The translations under genes and the position numbers were made by a program. Of a DNA stretch of 64,000 nucleotides, positions 20,488 to 29,674 are shown one piece after another. A model generated the notes under the pieces. The model did no database searches. It saw only the letters and a program-made list of their open reading frames with translations, and was not told where the DNA came from. The stretch comes from Candidatus Altimarinota bacterium (lineage in GTDB: Bacteria; Patescibacteriota; Gracilibacteria; UBA1369): NCBI GenBank assembly GCA_963677745.1, contig OY782391.1, positions 384,001-448,000 on the forward strand. The letters are read 5' to 3'. The first letter of the stretch is position 1. Every line of letters starts with the position of its first letter.

Positions 20488-21141
20488 TTACATCAACACT
20501 TTCTCCGGATGGGCACTTTTGACGATGGCACTCGCCAATAAAACGCCTTCAGTCCCCAGCGCCAGTGCCGCGTCCAGATCCTTTTTGGAGGATATCCCGG
20601 CTCCGCATAACGGTATTATTCTCTTGCTGTTTTTCAGATTGTATCCTCTGACAATTTTCACAAATTCCTTAATCTTATCAGCATGACTGCCGGTAATGGA
20701 TTGGCCGGATGAAATAAGTGATGATTCCTCGTAGGCAATCATATCCGGATTAAATTTCACAACCACCCTGGCTTCCGAAATGTTTTGGACACAAACCAGT
20801 ACAGGGAATTTTACGGCCCGGCATCTGGTAACAGTTTTTTCAATCACCTCCATCGGTAACTGGTGTTCGGAATGATTCAAAATGGTACCGGCCGCCCCAT
20901 TGGATTGCAAACTTTCAATAATGTTAAAACCGGTGTTTTTATCGGGAAGACCAAAATCCGCATGCTGGGCAAAAATCGGGAAATCAACCTTCTTCTGCAC
21001 CCGGAAAACATCAACCACCTGGACCGCAGCAATCAATTTCAATTTTTTAGTGTATCCCTGCAGTTTCTTTGCCAATAATTCCGCTCGTGTCCCGGTGGAT
21101 TCCGGATAGGTCTTAAAATTCACCACTACAATCGGTTTCAT
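20488..21141 (-). CDS. tpiA: Triosephosphate isomerase, archaeal type
   Basis: Start at MKPIVVVNFKTY (the longer ORF would overlap rnpB); NFK, LNHSE, AYE, GAGI, GVLLAS; 217 aa. Confidence 0.92.
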   Translation of the reverse strand: MKPIVVVNFKTYPESTGTRAELLAKKLQGYTKKLKLIAAVQVVDVFRVQKKVDFPIFAQHADFGLPDKNTGFNIIESLQSNGAAGTILNHSEHQLPMEVIEKTVTRCRAVKFPVLVCVQNISEARVVVKFNPDMIAYEESSLISSGQSITGSHADKIKEFVKIVRGYNLKNSKRIIPLCGAGISSKKDLDAALALGTEGVLLASAIVKSAHPEKVLM

Positions 21142-21209
21142 AAAATGAACATTATATTTTCCACAAAAGTTGTTATAGCACAATGTTTGCACAAATCGGT
21201 CAATTTCCC

Positions 21210-21237
21210 TTGCAAAAGCTGCAAATATTGTCAAAAT
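21210..21237 (+). promoter_or_regulatory. Candidate rnpB promoter
   Basis: TTGCAA-16-CAAAAT with TG extension; predicted start coincides with the P1 5' end. Confidence 0.4.
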
Positions 21238-21243
21238 ATGGGC

Positions 21244-21739
21244 GATCCTATCAGTGAGTAATCGCTGGTTTTTAATTCCTTCCGGTTTCGGCCGGAAACG
21301 ATCCTTAAAAACGAGAGGAAAGTCCGAGCGCCCGTTAAGCATAATGGCTTCTAACGGAAGCAGCTGTAATCCAATTCTCCCGACGCAAGTCGGGAACAAA
21401 AAAACTTACAGTATGGAAAGTGCCACAGAGACTATACTAGTTTTGTCCGATCCGCTTCGGCGGAAAACAGCAAAACCAAAGGTGAAAAGCCTTGCCGTCC
21501 GGCCTGAACTTCGGTTCCGGCCAGGCGAGGTGCCTCCGTGTAAACGGAGTGTTATGGCAAACCCCATTTGGCGCAAGGTGGGATGGGAGATTTCGGGATC
21601 ACCTGGCTTAACAGGTCCGAGACTCCCCACCGCTTGAGCCGGCGCGCAAGCGCCGGCCTAGATAGATGATTACACTGCCGTACCGGCCCAAAACGGGCTT
21701 GCATGGCAGACAGAACTCGGCTTATGATCTGGTAGGATC
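21244..21739 (+). ncRNA. rnpB: RNase P RNA, bacterial type A, expanded
   Basis: GAGGAAAGTCCGAGC, GAAAGTGCCACAGA, GGTGAAA, GGCAAACCCC, AGATAGATGA, ACAGAACTCGGCTTA; P1 GATCCTATCAG/CTGGTAGGATC; P2 GTAATC/GATTAC. Confidence 0.96.
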
Positions 21740-21753
21740 CTTTATTATAGAAG

Positions 21754-23199
21754 ATGAAACCTCTTGAGATTTTTTTCGGTGTACTGCGCATTCCAGTAGA
21801 TCTGGTACTGACAATTTTGGCCTTTTTAATTGCCTACCAGATCAGACTGAACACTGATCTGATCCCGGGCGTACAGCTGCCCGTTACCATCTCCACCTTC
21901 CCCGAATTCCAGGAATACTTGGCCGTCACTTTAATCGCCGCCCTACTGTTGCTGGCGATTTTTGCCGTATTCAATCTCTATAGTCTCAAACGCCCCGAGC
22001 CCCTCAGCAAGCAGATTTCCAAAATTCTGGCCGGTTCAGTGATCTGGCTATTTTCCATTATCACCTACTATTTCATTGTCCGCACTTTCCCCTTCTCCCG
22101 TCTGGCACTTTTTCAAAGCTGGCTTTTCACTTTTATCCTGATTGTGTCGGGACGCTGTCTGCTGCAATATTTCCAAAACAAACTTTACCGCAAAGGCATC
22201 GCCCAGACCCGGGTTCTGCTGATCGGAGCCGGTGCATCCACCGAAGAAATCGTTGCCAACTTTTTTAGAAATCCCCAATACCGCTGCATCGGCTATCTGG
22301 AAAACGAAGACAAAAATCTTCCCAAAATCCATTATCTGGGAACCATTGAAAATCTGCAGGAAATTGTCCAGAAACACCGCATCGAAAAAATCATCCAGTG
22401 CAAAGAACAAATCAGCGAAAAATTGGAAGGCACGCTGCTGGATTATTGCCGTGAAAGCCAGCTGGAATACAGTTTCATACCCGATCAGCTGGAAATGCAG
22501 CGTACCAATATCGAAATAGAAACTCCCGCCGGAATCCCGCTGATCACCCTTAAACCCACACCTCTGGACGGCTGGGCCAGGGTGATCAAAAGAACTTTCG
22601 ACTTTCTGGCCGCCCTGATTTTGTTGACAATCCTGTCCCCCGTTATGCTGGTTTGCGCCATTTTAATAAAAATTGACGACCCCAAAAGCACCATCATTTT
22701 CAAGTATCTGGATGACGGTTCACGGGTGCAGCGAGTCGGTCTGAAAGGAAGATTCTTCCGCTTCTACAAATTCCGCACCATGAAACCCAATACCCACAAT
22801 CTTCGCTATACCGAACTGTCACATCTCAATACCAGACAGGGAACCCCCATGGTCAAAATCAAGAACGATCCCCGGGTCACCAAAATCGGTCGTTTTCTCC
22901 GCAAGACTTCTTTGGATGAACTACCGCAGCTGTTCAACGTCCTGAAAGGGGAAATGTCTCTGGTCGGACCCAGACCTCATCTTCCTGAAGAGGTGGCCCA
23001 TTACGACCGGCATCATAAATTTGTTTTGACAGTCAAACCCGGCATCACCGGTATGGCACAGGTCAGTGGCCGCAGCGATCTGGTCTTTGATCAGGAGGTG
23101 AAACTGGACAGTTATTACATTGAAAACTGGAATCTTTTACTGGATCTGAAAATTTTAGTTCAAACGGTGTTAGTTCCCTTTAAAAAATATGACGAATAG
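21754..23199 (+). CDS. Polyprenyl-phosphate glycosylphosphotransferase (WcaJ/WbaP-type priming sugar transferase)
   Basis: N-terminal TMs, [38 protein letters not shown]. Confidence 0.94.
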   Translation: MKPLEIFFGVLRIPVDLVLTILAFLIAYQIRLNTDLIPGVQLPVTISTFPEFQEYLAVTLIAALLLLAIFAVFNLYSLKRPEPLSKQISKILAGSVIWLFSIITYYFIVRTFPFSRLALFQSWLFTFILIVSGRCLLQYFQNKLYRKGIAQTRVLLIGAGASTEEIVANFFRNPQYRCIGYLENEDKNLPKIHYLGTIENLQEIVQKHRIEKIIQCKEQISEKLEGTLLDYCRESQLEYSFIPDQLEMQRTNIEIETPAGIPLITLKPTPLDGWARVIKRTFDFLAALILLTILSPVMLVCAILIKIDDPKSTIIFKYLDDGSRVQRVGLKGRFFRFYKFRTMKPNTHNLRYTELSHLNTRQGTPMVKIKNDPRVTKIGRFLRKTSLDELPQLFNVLKGEMSLVGPRPHLPEEVAHYDRHHKFVLTVKPGITGMAQVSGRSDLVFDQEVKLDSYYIENWNLLLDLKILVQTVLVPFKKYDE

Positions 23200-23255
23200 C
23201 GTAAGATACGCACGTTACCGGCCCCCCTATTATTTCCGTTTAACCAGTTAAAGTA

Positions 23256-26033
23256 ATGGTACGCAGACTGATCGAGAAAATCATTGGAGAACCCAATGAA
23301 AGAGCCCTCAAAAAAATCCGTCCCCTGATCCCCGAAATCAATGCCTGGGAAGAAAAATACCAGAAAACCCTGACTTCCGACGAAGACTACCCAAAAAAAA
23401 CCGCAGAATTTAAAGAAAGATATCAGAAAGGTGAAAGTCTGGACGATCTGTTACCGGAAGCTTTTGCTCTGGTCAAAAGCGCCTGCCGCCGCATTTACGG
23501 ACGTGAATTTACCATCGAAAAACTTTATTCCGAAAAAAGCGAGGCCGCCCAGGAAGAGCTGGGAAAAGAAGAAGGTAAATCCCCCGAGGAAGTAGCCAGA
23601 GAGGCCGCCGCCAACAAATATGTCTGGCGCATGATCCCTTTCGACGTACAGCTGTTGGGCGGAATAGTCCTGCATCAGGGGAAAATCTCCGAAATGAAAA
23701 CCGGTGAAGGAAAAACCCTGGTTTGTACCATGCCTCTTTATCTGAACGCACTCTCCGGCAAAGGAGCTTTTCTGGTTACTGTCAACGAATACCTTGCCCA
23801 GAGAGACGCCGCCTGGATGGGAATTATCTTTAAATTTCTGGGACTGTCAGTGGGGGTGATCCTCAATAACATGGCACCTTCCGGCAAAAAAGCCGCCTAT
23901 CAATGCGACATCACTTACGGCACCAACAGCGAATTCGGTTTTGATTATCTGCGCGACAACATGTCCGCCAACTCCGAAACTCTGGTACAGCGGGAACTGA
24001 ACTATGCCATCGTCGATGAAGTTGACTCAATCCTGATTGACGAAGCCAGAACCCCGCTCATCATCTCCACGGCTGCCGATGAATCCACCGACAAATACCG
24101 CAAATATACCAGCCTGGTCAAATCCCTGGAAGAACAGGAAGACTATGAAATTGACGAAAAACAAAGAGCAGCCACGCTGACCGAGGCCGGCATCGCCAAA
24201 ATGGAAAAAATGATGGGAGTGGACAATATCTATACCGACGCGGGTTTTGAGGAGGTACATCACATTGAACAGGCCCTCAAGGCTCATTACATTTTTAAAA
24301 ACGACGTTGATTACGTCATCAAAGACGGTGAAATTTTGATTGTGGATGAATTCACCGGACGCCTGATGCCCGGACGCCGCTATTCCGATGGTCTGCATCA
24401 GGCCATCGAAGCCAAGGAAAATGTGGAAATCAGAAGGGAAAGCAAAACTCTGGCCACAGTCACCCTGCAGAACTACTTTAGGCTGTTTAAAAAACTGGCC
24501 GGCATGACCGGTACCGCCAAGACCGAGGAAGAAGAATTTCTGCAGATTTACGGGCTGGAAACCATTGTTATACCCACCAACCAGCCGGTCACCCGTATCG
24601 ATCAGTCGGACGTGATCTTCAAAAATCAGCGGGGCAAATTCATTGCCGTGGCCCAGAAAATCCGCGAAGCGCATGAAAAAGGACAACCGGTATTAGTCGG
24701 TACGGTATCGATAGAAAGATCCGAACTGCTCAGTAAAATCCTGCAAAAGGAAGGGGTCCCCCATGCCGTTTTGAATGCCAAATATCATGAAAAAGAAGCT
24801 GAAATCATTGCCCAGGCAGGTGTCAAAGGAGCTGTGACCATCGCCACCAACATGGCCGGCCGCGGTACCGACATCAAGATCGACGAGGAAGTAAAAAAAC
24901 TGGGAGGTCTGCTCGTAATCGGTACCGAAAGACATGAATCCCGCCGTATCGACAATCAGTTACGCGGCCGTTCCGGCCGCCAGGGAGATCCGGGCGAAAG
25001 TCATTTTTTCGTATCGATGGAGGACGAATTGATGAGACTGTTTGCCGGTGAGAGAATTCAGCGCATGATGGAAATGCTCAACCTGCCGGACGAAACACCC
25101 ATCCAGAACAAGATGATCAGCAATTCCATCGAAAGCGCCCAGAAAAAAGTGGAAGGACGCAATTTTGATATCAGAAAACACCTGGTGGAATACGACGATG
25201 TGATGAACAAACACCGCGAAATCATCTATTCCCGCCGCCGCAAAGCCCTGGGCAGCGAGAATATGAAAAACGACATAATCCTGCTGATTGAAAAAGAGGC
25301 CGGCAGGATTGTCCGCAACAATACCATTTCTGAAGGACGCGAATACGATTGCGAGAAAATGATCGAGGATTTAAGCGTCCTAGCCCCGGAGGTAAAAACA
25401 CAGGTTTCCCTGGAACAATTAAGAGACCTCAATGACGAAGAGGCCCTGGCGGAGCATCTGAAAACTTATCTTTTTGAGATTTATGGCAATAAAGAAATGC
25501 GTCTGGCCGAACCGGAAATTTTAAGACGCATCGAGAAAAGCATTTCGCTGTCGGTCATCGACTCCCTCTGGATGGACCACATTGACAACATGCAAAACCT
25601 CCGCGAAAGCGTTTCTCTGCGCGGTTATGGCCAGAGAGACCCGCTGATCGAATACAAGGAACAGTCCTATCTGATGTTCATGAAACTGCTGACTGACATT
25701 CAGATTAACACGGTTGCCACGCTTTTCCGGCTCAATGTCGAAACCCAGTTGCCGGTCCATTTGCTCAAACCCGAATCCCCTGTCCAGAACATGATCACCA
25801 ATGCCGACAGTTTTGAAAACAATCTGAATTCCAGCAATCTGAAATCCGCCGCCTCCGGCGACGCAGCCACCTGGGTCATGTCCAAACCCCCGGAAAATCA
25901 GACCCGCACCGTCAGCGCCAATCGCCAACCCGCCAATGACGGCCCAAAACTGGCCTGTGACGGACTGGGCCGCAATGAGATTTGTCCCAAATGTGGTGTA
26001 AAAACAAAAAAATGCCCATACCAAAAGCAATAA
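23256..26033 (+). CDS. secA: Preprotein translocase ATPase SecA
   Basis: EMKTGEGKT, DEVDSILIDEARTPL, ATNMAGRGTDI, QLRGRSGRQGDPG. Confidence 0.98.
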   Translation: MVRRLIEKIIGEPNERALKKIRPLIPEINAWEEKYQKTLTSDEDYPKKTAEFKERYQKGESLDDLLPEAFALVKSACRRIYGREFTIEKLYSEKSEAAQEELGKEEGKSPEEVAREAAANKYVWRMIPFDVQLLGGIVLHQGKISEMKTGEGKTLVCTMPLYLNALSGKGAFLVTVNEYLAQRDAAWMGIIFKFLGLSVGVILNNMAPSGKKAAYQCDITYGTNSEFGFDYLRDNMSANSETLVQRELNYAIVDEVDSILIDEARTPLIISTAADESTDKYRKYTSLVKSLEEQEDYEIDEKQRAATLTEAGIAKMEKMMGVDNIYTDAGFEEVHHIEQALKAHYIFKNDVDYVIKDGEILIVDEFTGRLMPGRRYSDGLHQAIEAKENVEIRRESKTLATVTLQNYFRLFKKLAGMTGTAKTEEEEFLQIYGLETIVIPTNQPVTRIDQSDVIFKNQRGKFIAVAQKIREAHEKGQPVLVGTVSIERSELLSKILQKEGVPHAVLNAKYHEKEAEIIAQAGVKGAVTIATNMAGRGTDIKIDEEVKKLGGLLVIGTERHESRRIDNQLRGRSGRQGDPGESHFFVSMEDELMRLFAGERIQRMMEMLNLPDETPIQNKMISNSIESAQKKVEGRNFDIRKHLVEYDDVMNKHREIIYSRRRKALGSENMKNDIILLIEKEAGRIVRNNTISEGREYDCEKMIEDLSVLAPEVKTQVSLEQLRDLNDEEALAEHLKTYLFEIYGNKEMRLAEPEILRRIEKSISLSVIDSLWMDHIDNMQNLRESVSLRGYGQRDPLIEYKEQSYLMFMKLLTDIQINTVATLFRLNVETQLPVHLLKPESPVQNMITNADSFENNLNSSNLKSAASGDAATWVMSKPPENQTRTVSANRQPANDGPKLACDGLGRNEICPKCGVKTKKCPYQKQ

Positions 26034-26329
26034 CTCGCGCCCTCAAAAACGACACAACACTCTCCAACCGGATTTTTTTCTTCGTGACCGGAGTGTTTTT
26101 CTCAGCCATCTTCTTTCTGATTATGCTGAAATTTTTGGGTACCTGGGGAGTTTATCTGGCCTTGGCCATGAGCATTTGCCTGAATGTCTGGCTGAAAAAA
26201 CACCGCAAGCAAAAAATGATGACCAACGCCTTCAACAACGGCCTGATTACCTTTAATATCATCGTAACAATAGCAGCTGTGGTAATCCTGATTGTTTTCT
26301 TTGGCGCAATACAGACTTTACTCAGTTAA
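26012..26329 (+). CDS. Small membrane protein (about 3 TM)
   Basis: Three hydrophobic segments; start uncertain and overlaps the secA end. Confidence 0.6.
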   Translation: MPIPKAITRALKNDTTLSNRIFFFVTGVFFSAIFFLIMLKFLGTWGVYLALAMSICLNVWLKKHRKQKMMTNAFNNGLITFNIIVTIAAVVILIVFFGAIQTLLS

Positions 26330-26344
26330 ACGACCAGAGCTTCA

Positions 26345-26373
26345 TTCACTTTCACCGTTTCATCTGTTAAAAT
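26345..26373 (+). promoter_or_regulatory. Candidate sigma70 promoter for the 26.4-28.9 kb cluster
   Basis: TTCACT-17-TAAAAT with TG extension. Confidence 0.5.
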
Positions 26374-26394
26374 CAGGTCAATTTAAATATTCCC

Positions 26395-27381
26395 ATGAAC
26401 AATATCGAAAGTCTCCTGGCTGACATTAAAACAAAAGTCGCTCTTGAAAAAGTGGAGCTGATTTACGAAGGATATTATTACCGGCAGGAACAGATCCGTG
26501 GTGCCGTTTACAGTTGTGAATACCAGGGCAAACCGGCCATCCTGAAAATCGTCGATGATGAAAGAATCATGCTGGAACTGGACGCACACAAGGATTTCCT
26601 GGCCAAAAACACCAGCAAAAAGCTGCGTGCCCCGCAAATCTACCAATCCGAACAAATTTCGCCCTCCTGCACCTGGATCCTGATGGAAAAAATTCCGGAA
26701 GGGCAGGTATTTGATTTCCAGTACATTGAAAAAAACCGTGCGGAATTTCTGGAAATGTATCTGGAATACCGCAATAATTTTCCCGCTCAACCTTCACGTC
26801 AGCTGACCCTGGCCGAATATCTGCCGTCCAACGATTTCCACACCATGCGTCTGGCCCGCTGGGCCGATCTGGGCAACACCCGGGAATACCAAGACTTTTT
26901 GAAAGACGGCAAAAGGATTGTCGACCCGGCCAAACTGGCCGATCTGTTCAGCAGCAGCCTCAAAATCATCAATCAGGTTTTCAGGGACCGCCCGATGATC
27001 TGGAGCAAAGGCAATTTCTGGCCCAATCACCTGATCAAAACAGCCCCCGACCAGTATTACCTGCTTGACTTCGGACTAACCAAAATGTATCCCCAGGGCT
27101 ATGAACTGGGAGCCATGCTGTGGGCCTGCCACCTGATGTCATTCCATTTCAACGATCCGCTGGAAACCTGGCTGGCCGGAGTGGAAAGCTGGAAAAAAGA
27201 TCTCACAGAACTGGCCCAAAAACTGAATTATCCCGAAACGGAACAGCTGCTGCGCGGCTGCCTGCTCGAACGCGCCTGGGGCAGTATCTACGCCGACACG
27301 CTGGCCACCGACAAACCTGCCCAGTTCAAGACCAAAATGATGGAATATCTGATCAGACTGGTGGAGCAATTGCTGAAATAA
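26395..27381 (+). CDS. APH/choline-kinase-like fold protein, probable pseudokinase
   Basis: AILK, WILMEKIPEG and YYLLDFG present; catalytic loop reads KGNFWPNH. Confidence 0.7.
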   Translation: MNNIESLLADIKTKVALEKVELIYEGYYYRQEQIRGAVYSCEYQGKPAILKIVDDERIMLELDAHKDFLAKNTSKKLRAPQIYQSEQISPSCTWILMEKIPEGQVFDFQYIEKNRAEFLEMYLEYRNNFPAQPSRQLTLAEYLPSNDFHTMRLARWADLGNTREYQDFLKDGKRIVDPAKLADLFSSSLKIINQVFRDRPMIWSKGNFWPNHLIKTAPDQYYLLDFGLTKMYPQGYELGAMLWACHLMSFHFNDPLETWLAGVESWKKDLTELAQKLNYPETEQLLRGCLLERAWGSIYADTLATDKPAQFKTKMMEYLIRLVEQLLK

Positions 27382-27393
27382 TAAAGTAATGCC

Positions 27394-28008
27394 ATGAAAA
27401 AACTCCTGCTGACCTCGGCCGCCATCACCAACCGCAAAATCAAAGAAGCGCTGATCGCTCTGGTGGACAAACCGCTGCCATTGTTGAAAATCATCTTTAT
27501 CGCCTCTCCCGCCCGTTCGCCGGAAGAAAACCAATATCTCCAACAGGCCAAAGATGAACTGACCGACATCGGAGTAAACCCGGTAAACACCTCCACCATT
27601 TATCTGGATCACCCGGTGACCTACCAAAACTTCAAAGACGCGGACATGGTTTATGTTTGCGGTGGAAACACTTACTATATTCTCCAACAAATCCGCCGCT
27701 TCTGTTTTAAACAAGCCCTGCTTCAAGTAGTGGAATCCGGCAAAGTCTATTTTGGAGTGAGCGCCGGTAGCATCATTGCCGGACCAAGCATCGATATCGC
27801 CGGGATCGGCGACACGGCCGACAGCAATGAGGCCGACCTCACCGATACCGCGGGTCTGGACATTGTCCCTTTTGCGGTTTCTCCTCATTACACCGACCAG
27901 GACAGACTGGCGGTTGATCAGTTTGAAAATGAAATCGCCTATGACGTGATACGCCTGACCGATGAACAGGCTGTGATGGTAAAAGGAGAAGAAATTACTA
28001 TTATTTAA
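27394..28008 (+). CDS. Peptidase E family (S51) protein
   Basis: GGNT, GVSAGS (Ser nucleophile), PHY. Confidence 0.9.
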   Translation: MKKLLLTSAAITNRKIKEALIALVDKPLPLLKIIFIASPARSPEENQYLQQAKDELTDIGVNPVNTSTIYLDHPVTYQNFKDADMVYVCGGNTYYILQQIRRFCFKQALLQVVESGKVYFGVSAGSIIAGPSIDIAGIGDTADSNEADLTDTAGLDIVPFAVSPHYTDQDRLAVDQFENEIAYDVIRLTDEQAVMVKGEEITII

Positions 28009-28060
28009 CTGCGACCATTTAACCGGCGGGCAGAATTTTCAAACATTTGAGGTAAACACC

Positions 28061-28530
28061 ATGAAACACGAAAAAAAATCTGGCCGGATTATTTCCAGAA
28101 AATCCTGGAAGGGAAAAAGACCTATGAACTGCGTCTGGCCGACTGGGAATGCAGAGAGGGCGACATCCTGTTTTTGCGGGAATGGGATCCCACCACAAAA
28201 GATTACACTCGCCGCAGCCTGGAGAAAGAAATTACCTATGTGGGAAAAACCCTGAACATGAACACTTTCCCACAGGAAGACGTGGATAAATTCGGCTATC
28301 AGATTATCGCCTTTGGCCAAAAACCCGCTTCACAATTAAAAGACGAACTTAGTTTTTGCCTCAAGCTCTGGAAGGAAAAAGGAGGCTGCACCTTCGGCGG
28401 GGAAACCCGCTGCGAACAGTGCGCAGCTCCCTATCTGCTGCTAAAAATGCTCACCGGAGAAGTCCTGCATGGGGACATAAAAAGACTGACTTTAGAGGAA
28501 TGGGGAAAAAAAATTTCAACCATTAATTAA
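28061..28530 (+). CDS. ASCH/DUF3850-domain protein fused to a Cys-rich domain; needs a -1 frameshift at A8 (28071-28078)
   Basis: SD GAGGT then ATG gives MKHEKK; the -1 frame continues IWPDYFQKILEGKKTYELRLADWECREGDILFLREWDP; that frame has no start codon upstream of the A run (TGA at 28048). Confidence 0.75.
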
Positions 28531-28535
28531 CATCA

Positions 28536-28856
28536 ATGTCCGAAAACAAACTCATCCGCGATCTGATTCCGGAAATTATCAAAGCCAGAGGAGCCCGCCC
28601 ACTGACCCACATCGCCGGCCAACAGGAGTATGCAACGCGTCTGAAAGCAAAACTGCAGGAGGAGGTAGATGAATTCCTGAAGGACAAAAATGCCGAGGAA
28701 TTGGCCGACATTCTGGAAGTGATTTATGCTCTCTGCGACCAGATAGGCATCAGTCGCGACAAACTGGAAAAATTACGTGCAAAAAAAGCCGCTGAACGGG
28801 GTGGATTCAAGAACCGAATTGTTCTGGACGGAGTGGAAGAGAAACAACAACCTTAA
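28536..28856 (+). CDS. MazG-like nucleoside triphosphate pyrophosphohydrolase
   Basis: KLIRDLIPEII, KLQEEVDEF, EELADILEV, KAAERGGF. Confidence 0.88.
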   Translation: MSENKLIRDLIPEIIKARGARPLTHIAGQQEYATRLKAKLQEEVDEFLKDKNAEELADILEVIYALCDQIGISRDKLEKLRAKKAAERGGFKNRIVLDGVEEKQQP

Positions 28857-28886
28857 TAAGCACCACACAAACCCGGCAAAAATCTT

Positions 28887-29639
28887 TTATACGGACTTTA
28901 TCACTTCCCGTTTTTCCCGTAACAGATTTTGCCATAATTGTTCCTGTTCAGCCGGGGAAAGGTCATAATGATAACCCCAGCCGTTTTGTCTGTTGACCGC
29001 GCTCAATCTGCGGGAATAAACCCGGTATTTGTTCATCAGATTATCCAATCCAAAATAACGGAAATGCAGCAACTTCAGCTTTTCACTTTCCGGGAACCAT
29101 TTCACCTGCCCCTCCGGCTGGCAGGAATGACTGCCGGCAGAATAATTTATTGTAGTAATCAACGCAGGATCGAATAAAATCGTCTTATCCAGATAGAGAG
29201 CGCGAATTCCCTCATGGATTTCCTCATAAATCTGCCCAGTCCCCACTGGCCTGCTTTCACTGACCATGTCATATCCGGCAGGAGTGGCAATCGTATAAGC
29301 TTTTTTCTTCCAGTCCTCAAAAAACTGACTCCAGTCCGCGTGATACAGAAATTCATCGGCATCACAGACAATCACCAGATCAGCTTTCCCGGCGCTCTCT
29401 TTCCAGCAGTTGTTTTTAATTTCCAAATGCACCAGATCATTAAATTCATTATTACTGCCAAATGTCCGCCATTTCACTTTCTCCCCAAAACCAAGCGCAA
29501 TCTCCCGGGAATTATCCGTGGAAAAATTATCATGAATCGTCACCAGATCAACAAATTGCAGATAATGACGCAAAAAATAAGGCAAAATAAACTCCTCGTT
29601 ATAACACAACGTATACAGATGTATCACCGGTTTAATCAT
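28887..29639 (-). CDS. Glycosyltransferase family 2-like protein
   Basis: CYNEE, HDNFSTDNS, DADEF. Confidence 0.88.
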   Translation of the reverse strand: MIKPVIHLYTLCYNEEFILPYFLRHYLQFVDLVTIHDNFSTDNSREIALGFGEKVKWRTFGSNNEFNDLVHLEIKNNCWKESAGKADLVIVCDADEFLYHADWSQFFEDWKKKAYTIATPAGYDMVSESRPVGTGQIYEEIHEGIRALYLDKTILFDPALITTINYSAGSHSCQPEGQVKWFPESEKLKLLHFRYFGLDNLMNKYRVYSRRLSAVNRQNGWGYHYDLSPAEQEQLWQNLLREKREVIKSV

Positions 29640-29674
29640 AAACGTTACACTTAAACCAATAATAACAACTCGTA

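Noticed and set aside
21157-21193. DnaA-box-like 9-mers (TTTTCCACA, GTTTGCACA) as a possible oriC
   Set aside because: Only one consensus match in a 100-bp divergent promoter region, no dnaA nearby and no visible skew change
21142-21791. ORFs across 21254-21791 and the 5' extension of tpiA
   Set aside because: They overlap the RNase P RNA and its promoter
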